From the NCBI GenBank assembly GCA_965112735.1, contig OZ218965.1:1798001-1862000 (forward strand): a DNA stretch of 64,000 nucleotides, written 5' to 3'. This document shows positions 13,957 through 25,900 of this stretch, piece after piece; positions within the stretch are counted from its first letter, which is position 1; the number at the start of each line of letters is the position of its first letter. This DNA is from Phaeosaccion multiseriatum (lineage: Eukaryota > Protista > Ochrophyta, other classes). The position numbers and the translations under genes are program-made. The notes under the pieces are model-generated. The model had not been told where the DNA came from and searched no databases. It saw only the letters and a list, made by a program, of their open reading frames with translations.

Positions 13957-16900
13957 ATGGGCGCCGCGGCGTCCGTCTCACCGCATCCCGAGGGCGTTGC
14001 TGGAAGCGTGACATGCGTGCTTCGTGGCTTGCCGGAGGCTCTCCAGCACGCCATCTACGTTGAGGAGAGATGGCCCGTGGTTCTGGACGTTAGTGGACAG
14101 GTACACTTCCTTTGATTTGTGTCTGCCAACGCCTGGCCTCTCTCAGCCCCCCCCTCCCCACCCCCCCCACACACACAAATACACCTATGCACCAGGCGGC
14201 GAGATTCCTGCGATATCAGCGAGGAGCTTTCCTGAGTGGAGACAACCCCCTCGACGTAACCAGGGAGAACCTCCGAGCGAGGCTTGTGGGCTGCCTCAAC
14301 CATGGTGGCAGTGAGTAATAACCCCGTGATACAGCAGAGAAGAAGCTGGGATGGGAGGGGGGAAGAGAGGGAGGCTAGAAGACCTGATGATCCACCAAGC
14401 TCTCACTCCTCTCACCTCTTCTCCCTTCGTATTATCACGAGCTCCAATAATCAAGTGGCAAACCTCTGTAGCTCCCCCCTCGATGCTTTGCTCCCCTGCA
14501 CCTCTGCTTCTCTGCTCGTCACAGCCCTCGCCGTTTCCTTCGTGCACGGCCTCAAGGGCGTGGATTTGGAGAGGCACTTCGACAAAGACTGGTTCCCCAG
14601 GGCAGTGCTGGACAGGTCAGAAGGACCGAGCTGTTGCTCAACTACTATGGCGTGCTCTGCTCTACTCTGATGTGCTCTGCTCTACTGCTCATTGCATGTG
14701 TCTTACTCACCCCACGTGCGGTCCTCTTACCACTGCTACTTCTCTACTCTACCGCCCCTTCTTCTCCTTCTTCTCTCAGGCAACAGCTCTTCAAAGAGGA
14801 GACATGGGCGCCTCTGTTGCGCCCCGAAGAGGGCGATCCAGCAGCAGACAGCTTCTTCCCCCGAGACGACTTCTCCTTCGTGCTCATCACGGGGGGGGAT
14901 GAGGATGAGGCAGCGCTACCAGAAGAGATTCGACTTCGTATGGTGGTGAGTGAGTGAGTGAGTGAGTGAGTGGGTGGGTGGGTTGGTGGGTGGGTGACTG
15001 AGTGGGTGAGTGGGTGGGTGAGTGGGTGAGTGAGGGAGGGAGTAAAGGAACGAATGAGTGAATGAATGAGTGGATGCGTGAGTGAGTCAGTTAGTAAGTG
15101 TTACGCTGGAGAAGGAAGCGGAAGAGATACCCTGCCTCCCCCCCCCTCCCTCCCCCCTCGGTCGGCCCACATCCTCCTCCCCCACAGCCCATCAGAGTGG
15201 TAGAGTCGACAACAGAGGCGTCTGCCGACAACACTGACCCCGACAAGAAGGAAGAAGGCGTGGCGGAGGAGATAGCAGGGCTGTTCGGCGCCAAAGAGGT
15301 TAAGATAAACAGTCTGCAAATGGTGGAGGCAGCTTTCGACGGAGAGATTGAAGATGTGCGGCTGTGGCTCGAGAAGGGTGAGTGGAGTGCGAGAGAGCGA
15401 GAGAGAGAGGCAGGACGGCGGCACAATGGACGGATGCGTCATGTCTGGTTCCTCACGCGGGCAGGGGAAGGAGGAGGATTGCCGATTGCGATCGAGACGT
15501 AGGGGGGTTTCTGGCGCCCGGGTGGTGGGTGGGGTGGGATTGGGAGGGAGAGTTAGGGGGGAGGCACCCCTCGCCAGCACGGCTCACTCACCAACACTCT
15601 CCTCCCAACTCATGCCCCTCTCCCCCTCTCTCTCTCTGCCCCTTCTTGCCTTGGCTCTTGCCGGTTTGTTCTTTGCCTTCTATCGCTAACCCTACCTATT
15701 AAGGCTACTATGTGGACAGCGTTGACGGGCGCAAACACACCGCTCTCTCAGAGGCTGCGGCCCAAGGTGAGAGGCCCAGGCTATGATAGGAAAGCTTTGT
15801 CTTTTTACCCATCTTCTACTGCCTTCAGCTGCCTTCTACGCCTACTGCCTTGTTGGTTGCTCCCTCGAGTCCCCTCCCCTCCTTGTGCTGCATCCCCCCG
15901 CACAGTGCCACCCTACCTCCCGGCTGTTGTTGAAGTGCTTCTTCTTCTTCTTCTTCTTCTTCTTCTTCTTCTTCTTCTTCTTCTTCTTCTTCTTCTTCTT
16001 CTTCTTCTTCTTCTTCTTCTTCTTCTTCTTCTTCTTCTTCTTCTTCTTCTTCTTCTTCTTCTTCTTCTTCTTCTTCTTCTTCTTCTTCTTCTTCTTCTTC
16101 TTCTTCTTCTTCTTCTTCTTCTTCTTCTTCTTCTTCTTCTTCTTCTTCTTCTTCTTCTTCTTCTTCTTCTTCTTCTTCTTCTTCTTCTTCTTCTTCTTCT
16201 TCTTCTTCTTCTTCTTCTTCTTCTTCTTCTTCTTCTTCTTCTTCTTCTTCTTCTTCTTCTTCTTCTTCTTCTTCTTCTTCTTCTTCTTCTTCTTCTTCTT
16301 CTTCTTCTTCTTCTTCTTCTTCTTCTTCTTCTTCTTCTTCTTCTTCTTCTTCTTCTTCTTCTTCTTCTTCTTCTTCTTCTTCTCTCTTCCGCTCAGGGCA
16401 CGCTGACCTGGTGTCTCTGCTGCTCAAGGAAGGCGCCGATCCCAACCTCTGCAACGACACAGGTCAGTAGGCGGGTAGTCGAGCAGTCAAGCAGTCGGGC
16501 AGGCAGTCGAGGAGTCAAGCAGTCGAGGAGTCAAGCAGTCGAGGTGTCAAGCAGTCGAGGAATCAAGCAGTCGAGGAATCAAGCAGTCGAGGAGTCAAGC
16601 AGTGGAGGGGTCAAGCAGGCGAGGAATCAAGCAGTCGAGGAGTCAAGCAGTCGAGGAATCAAGCAGTCGAGGAGTCAAGCAGTCGAGGAGTCAAGCAGTC
16701 GAGGAGTCGAGGAATCGAGGAGTCAAGCAGGCGAGGAGTCAAGCAGTCGAGGAGTCGAGGAATCGAGCAACAACAGGCCCCATCCACCCAACTTGCAAAC
16801 AAAGAGTGGACCCTCAATTGCAGGGTAGGGCCACACGGGGGGAGTGTCGTGACTGAGCGGGCCTCTGAGCGAGCGCCACTCACCTTGACACGTTGAGCTC

Positions 16901-18130
16901 TTGAGCTCTGCCCATTGTGCATGTTCGAGTATACGGGTCATGTTCGGGTGTATGGGTCATGTTCAAGGGCGTGCGTCAAACTATAACTATTCCCCCCCGC
17001 CCCTCCCACATTTCCTCCCCTTCCTCCCTCTCTGCGCTGCGTGTGCACAGGCAGATCCGCTCTTTGGCGTGCCGCCTACAACGGGCATGCCCCCACCCTC
17101 AGCCTTCTCCTTGAGGTAAGTCAGAGAATGGCTGACTTAGTACGGAGCAGGACTGCCCTTTCATCTCCCCCTCTTTGGCCGATGCCTTTTCCTATGCTCC
17201 ATCTCGGCTCCTTGGGAAGTCTCGAGTGTGTTAATCCGACTGCTGCCGCCGCCCTTATCACACGCAATACTGCTGCCGCCGCCCTTATCACACGCAATAC
17301 TGCTGCCGCCGCCCTTATCACACGCAATACTGCTGCCGCCGCCCTTATCACATGCAACACACGCTGCTGAGGGCAGTCCGGGGCCGATAAAGAGTGCCGT
17401 GACAAGACGAGCCACGAAAATGCCTTCGATGTGGCCAAGGATGACGTGATTCGGGAAGCCCTCAACAACTGGGACGTCGCCAAGACAGAGAAGGTACTTC
17501 CATAAGGGGCGTGGACTTCTCGGCGTGCGTACCTCCCTGGCCGGTATGCCCGTATATCCGACCGAGCATGACCCGTATACCCGTACATGCCTTTATTCCC
17601 GTCTGCCCATCTGCCCCGTGTTCCCGTGTGCCGAATACGTGACCCTGTACTATTGTTTCCATCATGCCATCGTATTGACCCACAATACCCGTATGCTTGT
17701 ATGCCTATATACCTGCTACCAGCTGAAGGAACAGCGCAGAGAGGCCATGCGCAAGAGGCTGGAGGAACGCCTCACCACCGCAGCAGAGAGGGACGCGCAC
17801 GCACGCACACTCATCCGGGACGAACTCATCGCGCACGCCGTGGAGGGCAGGCAGGAGGAGCTGAAGGGGCAGCTACTGGATCTAGCGGATGGTGAGGGAG
17901 AGGGAGGGAGGGAGAGAGGGAGGGGGAAAGCGGGGCTCACACATGCTCCGAAGCAGTTCTGCGTACAGATGCAAGTAGCTGATGCAAGCAACTGCCTTAG
18001 TCTGTCTTCACTCACTCCGGATGCTGCCCTCGCCTCGTCTCGTCTCTTGTCGCTTGCCGCACGGCCGTGTCATGTCCATTTGTGTGTGTGTGTGTGTGTG
18101 CGTGTGCGTGCGTGTGTGTGTGTGTGTGTA

Positions 18131-18166
<36 letters not shown>

Positions 18167-20754
18167 CATGTGCGTGTGTGGAGGGCAGAGGCTGACGCCA
18201 CGGGGCAGAGACCGAGAGGCATCGCCGACGTACGAGATGAAAAGGTACGCACGTACCGTACGCGCACACACTCACGCACGCACACATGGACGGACGCGCA
18301 CACTCACGCACGCACGCACGCACGTACTGTTGACTTCTGAGTGGTGGTTGCGCTGTGCTGGAGGCAACCCTCTTGATGCCCCGGTGTGTCCACTCTTGGG
18401 GCACGCCCTGCCAGCCTCTGAAAGGTGCCCTCCTCAGTTGCCCTCTTCATGCCACCTCGTTCGAAGCTAGGCCTTCTGTAGGCCTTCTCGTCAGTGACGG
18501 TCTCTCCTCTCCCCTCTCCCTCCCCTCACCCTCCCCTCTCCCTCCCCTCTCCCTCCCCTCTCCCTCCCCTCTCCCTCCCCTCTCCCTCCCCTCTCCCTCC
18601 CCTCTCCCTCCCCTCTCCCTCCCCTCACCCTCCCCTCACCCTCCCCTCTCCCTCCCCTCACCCTCCCCTCTCCCCTCCCCTCTCCCTCCCCACTCCCTCC
18701 CCACTCCCTCCCCTCTCCCTCCCCTGATGAATGGTGCCCGGTGCCGGTGCCTGCTGCTATCCGCTCTCTGCGGTCCTCCTTTACCTGGTGTCATCCATCA
18801 GGGGCAGACGCTGCTCAGCTTAGCTTGTCAGCACGGCCGTGTGGAGGTGGTGAAGTTCCTGCTCACGCACTGGAGAAAGGCGGCAGGGCTTGAGGAGGGA
18901 CAGGCTGTGGACAACCAGGTCAGGCGGGGTAGGGCGAGATGGAGTGAAGTGGGGCTGTACATGGGAAGTACAGTTGTGGTCTTGGAGGTGCAATGCAGCC
19001 CAGGGATGACAGGGAGGTAGGATGCGAACTGCTGTGGGTCTGTTCGGGGCCTTATCCTAAGCAGTCCTTCATTCCCTCCCCCCCTCCCCCCCCCTTTTCG
19101 GTTTCTTTCGGTTTCCGTGCCCAGATGTCGTCCAGCATGTCCTGGGAGGCGCGAGTCACACGGCCCAACATTCACTCGCGTGATCTCAAGGTGAGCGTGC
19201 AATTTCACTCAGTTTCCAGTTTCAAGGGGCAACTTCACTCAGTTTCCAGTTTCAAGGGGCAACTTCACTCAGTTTCCAGTTTCAAGAGGCTGCTTTTCTA
19301 CCTTCTCAGGGGGTGCTTTTCGCACCACAGAGTAGCCCGAGTAAGCCTCGACTGCGAGGGTGTCGAGTGTTAAAAAGAGGGAAGGCGGAGTGTTCGAATG
19401 TATGTTCGTTTCCTCTTGCGCCCGCGGAGCTTGTCGCCTCTCTCCCTCTCTCCCTCTCTCCCTCTCTCCCTCTCTCCCGATCAAGAGTTGACTTTGGAAG
19501 GCACGTTGGAAGGAACTCCATAGGAGGCTCTTTTGCTTGCTGTCGCTACTGCTGCCGCCCCACGCACGGCCTCTCCCCTGCTCTACTTTACTCTGCTCTA
19601 CTTTATTCGACTCTTCTCTGCTCTACTTTAGTCGACTCTTCTCTGCTCTACTTTACTCTCCTATTCCCGATGCTATACCTCTGCTACGCCCCATATGTGC
19701 TGCCCTGGCCGTATGCCTCAGTCCTGCTCTTCTCTACTCTGCTCTCTGCTCTGCCCTACCCTTGCAGGGGTGGAATCTGCCCGCCATTTGTGTGTTCCAC
19801 AACAGCAAGCAGTGCCTGGAGCTAGTGCTCAGGGCGGGAGCCGACCCCTACGTCAAGAGCTCCTATAACAAGGTCAGAGCAGTGCCGCGCAGGCATCGAC
19901 CTCGAGACGAGAGGGAGGGAAGGAAGGGCATCCTCGAGGCGAGAGGGAGGGGAGGGGCATCGTCGGCATCTGTCTATGTCTATCCGTCCCATCCGCTGTG
20001 CTGTACATGGTTCGGGGCTGTGCCTGTTTTAAACTGGGTGACCATTGGTGATTCGTCAGAACTGATTGTTCCCCTTTGGCGATTCTTTGATTGGCTGCGG
20101 TGACGTCAGAGCGCGTGGGACCTGGCCCAGGACGAGCTTGACGCGGGACTCAAGGTCGTCAAGAGCAAAGCGGAGATTCGGGTAAGGGAGGCAGGCATCC
20201 AGGGGGGGAGGGGGGGTGCAGAGGTTGTGGAGGAGCGCTCCCCAAGTGGAATGGAATGGAGGGCAGGGCCCGGGACGTATCCTACTGTATCTCTTGTTCG
20301 ACAATAGAAACGCCCACCCCTCCGCCCTCACTACCGCCACCGTACGAACATCACACAATTCTCCGGCCTGTTTGTCTCTCTCTGTCTCTCTCTCTTCCTC
20401 TTTATCCACCCCCCCCCCCCTCTCTCTCTGTATGTATGTGCACGTGTCTGCCCTTACGTCAAGAGCGTCATCGAGCGATGGGAGCAAGAGAGAGGGGGCT
20501 CGGGTGCTCCGCTGGCGACGCGCGGATGTGCAATCGGGGTAGACGGAGTGCCCCTCGGGCAGCCGCCAGAGGGAAGTCCCGCGATGCTAGCGGCCGAAGT
20601 GGCCAGAGAAGGTGTTAGCGCACCAGCAAGAGGGCCCAAGGGGGGCAAGGGGAAGGCAGGAGGAGCGGGAGGGGCCAAGGGGGGCAAGGGCAAGAGCAAG
20701 GCCGTCACCGGAGCGGGGGCTGGGGCGAAGAAGACCCCCGCCAAGAAGAAGTAA
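13957..20754 (+). CDS. IQANK1-like ankyrin-repeat protein, ~16 exons, with an N-terminal MGAAAS putative myristoylation motif
   Basis: Exons give [19 protein letters not shown]...LVGCLNHGG and LLRPEEG. Ankyrin repeats follow ([21 protein letters not shown]...[44 protein letters not shown]), then a Lys/Gly-rich tail ending KKK* at 20754. Confidence 0.85.
15938..16381. repeat. Pure (CTT)n microsatellite, ~148 copies, intronic
   Basis: Uninterrupted triplet run ending ~15 nt before the acceptor AG at ~16396. Confidence 0.97.
16478..16770. repeat. Intronic 8-mer mosaic repeat (gtcgagga / gtcaagca / atcaagca)
   Basis: Alternating 8-bp units. Short gtcaagca runs recur at ~22550 and ~40775. Confidence 0.85.
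17241..17360. repeat. 30-bp intronic tandem repeat x4 (tgctgccgccgcccttatcacacgcaatac)
   Basis: Direct tandem copies just upstream of the acceptor at ~17376. Confidence 0.9.
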
Positions 20755-21073
20755 GGAGGAGAAGCAGAGTTCGTTGGTTCGTTCGTTCGTTCGCTTACTC
20801 TCCTCAAACCGTCGCAGAAGTGGAGAGTATTTAATTCTTAATTCGGTAGTGTACCGTAGCACCAAGACACGAGAGTCTATTGAGTACCTCTTCTTAGATC
20901 GTGCTCTTCGAAGCAGCTGCTCGGGGGGGGGGCGTCGCTCCCTGGCACTTATGTCAACGAGTCCCCCCCCCCGGGGACTCCCCTCGGGGACTTTTGGCGG
21001 CCTGATCCCACTCAAAATCTCCTCTTGTGCAGCCTGCAAGACCTCTCTTGTGAGCCAAGACCAACACAGGACC

Positions 21074-22266
21074 ATGCACAAGAGCGTTGCCCTCCTCTCC
21101 TCCCTCTTCCTCACGGGGACCCTTGTCGGTGAGTAGCAGCGTGGCCTGCGGTGTGCGCAAGTGGCGGCATCGTTGAGAGCAGTTTGGCCGTTGGGCCATT
21201 TCATCTGCAGAGCTCCGCAGATGCTAAGCATGGCCCATAGAGGCTGCAAGGGGCTGAGAAGGGCCGAGTTGGGGTGGTTTAGCTTGCCTGTACAGGCTAT
21301 GTAGGCGCTCATGAGAGCGGCTGCTGTGGCTGGTGATGCTACAGTCTTCTTCTCGAGTGATTCGCCATTCTCGCCAACAATTTTTCTGCCTGCTCTCATC
21401 CATTGTGGCGCCGTGGCCTATATTCACCTCCGCCTTGCGGCGCAGGACGATGAATCTGCGCCTTTCCTCACAGTGTTCCTCGCTCCCGCTCCTCTTTCCC
21501 CAGGTCTCTCAAGCGCTTGTGAGACGGACGCGCAATGCGTTGAGCTGGTCAGTACACAAACAACTCTTGATCCCCGCAAGAGTGTGATCTGCGACCCCTC
21601 GTGCTCCCCCGCGGGCGTCCTCTGCAACTATGCTGGCGTTGACATTGCCTGCCGGGGCTGCTTCTTGAGTGAGGTAAAGAGCGTCGAGACGCACGCGAGA
21701 GCTTCTTCTTCGATCACATCATACTCATCACATCATACTCATCACATCATACGCACACACACTCACACGCACACTTCTTGTTTGTCGCTCTGCACCTCTC
21801 TTCTTCTCGCCCCCAGGAGGACTTGCTGGATTATGCCAACGAATTCTCCATCCCCGAGGCAGAGTACTCGGGATTCAGTGTCTGCCCCACATCCGCACCT
21901 ACGGTGGCCCCAACAGTAGCCCCGGTCGCACCGGACATTACTCGGGCTCCCACCACACCTCCCACTATCCCTCCGACTTTCCCTCCCACCACACCTCCCA
22001 CCACACCTCCCACCGCAGCTCCCACATCACCTCCCACTATCCCTCCGACCACACCTCCCACTATCCCTCCCACCATCCCTCCCACCATCCCTCCCACCAC
22101 ACCTCCCACCGTAGCCCCCACCACGGCTCTCACCACACCTCCCACTATCCCTCCCACGACAACCGCCAGCACAGCTCCCACGATTCCTCCTACTTCAGCC
22201 CCTTCTTACCCTCCTTCTAGAGCGCCTACATACCCTCCGACTCCACCTCCTTGCTTCACATCCTGA
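21074..22266 (+). CDS. Secreted Cys-rich + Pro/Thr-rich protein, paralog 1 (exons 21074-21128, 21504-21673, 21817-22266); C-terminally truncated, possibly a pseudogene
   Basis: Signal peptide MHKSVALLSSLFLTGTLVGLSSA, a Cys-rich domain and PPT repeats. It stops just before a remnant of the paralog's SDDLVW|gtgagt junction. Confidence 0.75.
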
Positions 22267-22916
22267 TGACGGAGTCCCGCAGCGACGACCTCGTGTGGTG
22301 AGTCAACCAATCGTGTGGCTGTCCTTGTTCTGCTGGCCTGGCCTGTCTGGCCTGCCTTCATCAGCAGACCTCGTAATAAGCCTTGCTCATGCCCCCACCT
22401 ACTCTCTTCTCACACGCGCCCACAGGTTCCCCAGCCCCACTTGATTACATGACCCCCTTGGGCATTCCTTCTGACCCCCAAGACCTTCGCCCCCTGTGGC
22501 CTTCCGCATCGAACGATGACTTGATCCTCTTCGGGAGGGCCGTGTGGCGAGCCAAGCAGTCAAGCAGTCAAGCAGTCAAGCGAGTAGGTGGAAGGACATA
22601 CGTACATAGAGCGGTGGACTAGCACCGAACCTGTTCCTTGAGCCCGCGATGAGGGTGAGAGCCACCATACTTCCCATGAGAAGAGTGGCTTGGCGTTTTT
22701 GTAGCTGGAAGCCGATTTTGTAGAAAGCCCTTCAGTAAATGAAACACTGAATAACTCAGCTCACCACGCCAAGGGAAGGTAGAAGCAAGGGAGGGGAAAG
22801 CCAACCACCCCCACTGGAAAGTCAGCCAACCCCCCAAACCTGGGAATATGGGGATACGGAGATTTGCTGCGAGACGAGACTGGGTATCGCCGATCCTAAT
22901 GGATCCTACTTACAGT

Positions 22917-25900
22917 CCCTTGTATGTCAATTAACCGCCCTGGATGTCAGTAGAAGATCAGTAGAATCAACATTTTGAGTGGGCTCAGGAAAAGAGGTAT
23001 TACGCACGCTACAGAGCACCACAGGCAAAGCTCTTCGGAAGATCTGAGGCAAAGACAGTATTCTAGATGTTGAGCAGCTTAAAGTCTGATTGTTGCGTCT
23101 GTATAGAGCGATTTAGGAGGTGAAATGTGCTGCTATGTTGACGAGATCTTGGCCCCTGAACAAGGGAGAAAGAGAGAGGCGTAGCTCACACAAGAGGTGA
23201 TAATCTTCGGGCAGAATACGGATTATGTAGTCAAATAGCCGATGTGAAGCTGGGAGCGCGGTCTTAGTAGATAGTGGGCTAACATGTGGAGCTGAAATGT
23301 CCGTTGCTTTGGCGGGAATTTGGGCCTCAAACAAGGGGGGAGTGGGGGAAGAGCGTGTGCGAGCAAGAACCCATGAGGGAGGAATGGTTTTGAGCAGACT
23401 GCGACCCACATATGGAAGTCGACGTTGAGCAGCTAAGAGTGCGATTGCAGGTGCTGTGGAGCAGAAGGGGTGAGGCGAGATGGAAACACTTATGGCAGCA
23501 GTTTTCACCTCAAAAATGGTGAGGAGAGGGAGGAGCGTGTGCGACCAGCAGACCACGAGATATGAAACCCTTGAGAAGCCTTGAGGGATACATAGTCTGC
23601 TGAGTGCTGGTCAGCTCGAAGTGTCCTTTCAGGAGCTACAGAGTGAGGGAGAGAATTTACAAGTGTGAAGGGCCCCTTTTCGTCGTCATCCTGACCCTCG
23701 ATCGAGGGGGAAGAGAGGGTATGACGATAGAAATGGGCCAGATACAACGCGAGGCTATACCTCATGACCATGCGCCGATTTGGTATTCTTTACATGCTCT
23801 CCTTGGCGAGGATGCGATTTACAACGCTATCTATGTGTATATTCGTCATTTTAACCCAATTTCACGGATGGGCAGCTCCAACTGTACACACACTGCCCCT
23901 CCTCCCCTTATCGGTGCTGCTACGGCTACTACTACTATAGATGCTGCACGAGGCTCCGTCTTACCTGCGAAATCCGTCTCGGTAGCCCGCCAAGCCCTCC
24001 TCTGGCAGCTCCTAACCCCCCTGCCACGGCCTCCACCCCACTTTCTCTGCATACAGGGCGGTCAGCGACTTGAGTATGGCCTTGCGGCTCATCGTCCTGT
24101 CGCCCCTGAGTCATTCTCGCTTTTCGACCATGTGCCACGACGAACACCACCACCCACAGCAACAGCACGCTACCCCCCCCCCCCTTTCTCCGGCTCAGCT
24201 CCCATGGCCGCCTCGGCAGCCGATGGCGCGTCCAGCTGCTGCTTGATTGAGCTTCTCTCACTCGTGGCTGGTAGGCTTCAATACGAGCACGCTCATCCGC
24301 AGTAGCCAGGAGGAGCTGCAGCTGATCGTGCAGCAACGGCGTCCCCGGGGTGGACGACGAGGCGGATAAGCTTGACTTCTATCTGGACGCCTGCTTCTCT
24401 TCCCCCCGCTCGTCTGGCCACTGCCGCTCGTGAACCCCTTGCTCCTTACCTTCTCGCTCCCTGAAGAGAGGCAGGATGGTAGCCGCAGTCGTTCTCCTGC
24501 CCCGGTAATGACCCTCGTGATGACCTAACCGAAGGGGCCAAAATTAGGGAGGTGGACACGAGGTGATTTCCCATGTCTGGTTAAGCTCGCTGAAGCTGAA
24601 AGTTGGACATCTGACAACTCACACACTAGATGCCACAACATACCTTGTGTCGCCCTTGACTCTGCCGGGAAGGTTCCTTCCCTTTCCTCTCCACCCTCAT
24701 ACTTCGCCACCTGTGCAGTGACCTCGGGAGAAGATGTCGAAGTCCCCCCGATAGCCCCACCACCCACGTCCCGCAATAACAGGGGGCAGGGGAGTTAGTA
24801 TTACGCCCCTTAAGCAAGACCGATGCTCTGACAGGGCGTGGGATCGGCTGCTCATGACCTCACAAAAAGGACCCTTCAAAGGCAAAAGAGAGGGGAGTAC
24901 ACGTATGCGATTTTGCACATGGGATTATGACCTTTGAAGCTAAAACTTGGTCACAAGCCAGGCTATATATGAGTGATGTTGATCCCTCTTGCCCCGCTCG
25001 TAACTGCCAGGCGAAGCCTTCCATCTCACGCCCTCTCCCCCTCTCGTGCGCCCTCACCTTTTCGGCCACCTCGGGTGACGACCTGCCATAGACCTCTTGC
25101 CCTCCGCCCATGGACAGCAGCGGTACGGGGGTCATCAGACGTGTCCTGCGGACGAGATGGCGCACTCATGGGCCCTGAAAATCGGTAGAATAGAGCAGTG
25201 TCCACGTCTCAGAGACATCCAACTGTGAAGGTGGAGTACCCTAACTTCAGGGGCAAAACTGCCGACGAGCTGGAGGCGGAAGAGCAAGGACTGCATATGA
25301 AAAGTTTCGCATACTCCTGGAGAAGAGATCCTATCTTGCCCACGGCTGATCTCTATGGGTATACCCCCCTCCGTCCTCTCTCTCTCTCGAAACCAAAGTT
25401 GGCGAAAAACGCACCTTTGCCGCTCACCCGCTAATTCTTGCCACAAAGCTGCTGCGAGCACGCTCTCAGCTGCCTAATCCCGAGTTCACTGTGTTTTACT
25501 CAAGCTTGCGCAAGCGCTTCGTCTGGGATAGTCCTTGTATCTAGTATTCATCTCCTCCCTCACGCGCCCCAGCCGATGAAAAAAAATGACAAAAAAATTT
25601 CGATCCTACTGACATCCCTTGTATGTCAATTAACCCCGATAAATGTCAGTAGGACCGAAATTTTTTGGGCATTTTTTGGATCGGCTGGGGCACGTGAGGG
25701 AGGAGATGAATACTAGATATACGGACTATCCCAGACGAAGCGCTTGCGCAAGCTTGAGGAAAACACAGTGAACTCGGGATTGGGCAGCTGAGAGCGTGCT
25801 CGCAGCAGCTTTGTGGCAAGAGTTAGCGGGTGAGCGGCAAAGGTGCGTTTTTCTCCAACCTTAGTTTCGAGAGAGAGAGAGGACGGAGGGGGGTATACCC

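Noticed and set aside
15710-16828. Poly-L, poly-F and poly-E ORFs
   Set aside because: They are translations of the intronic (CTT)n tract.
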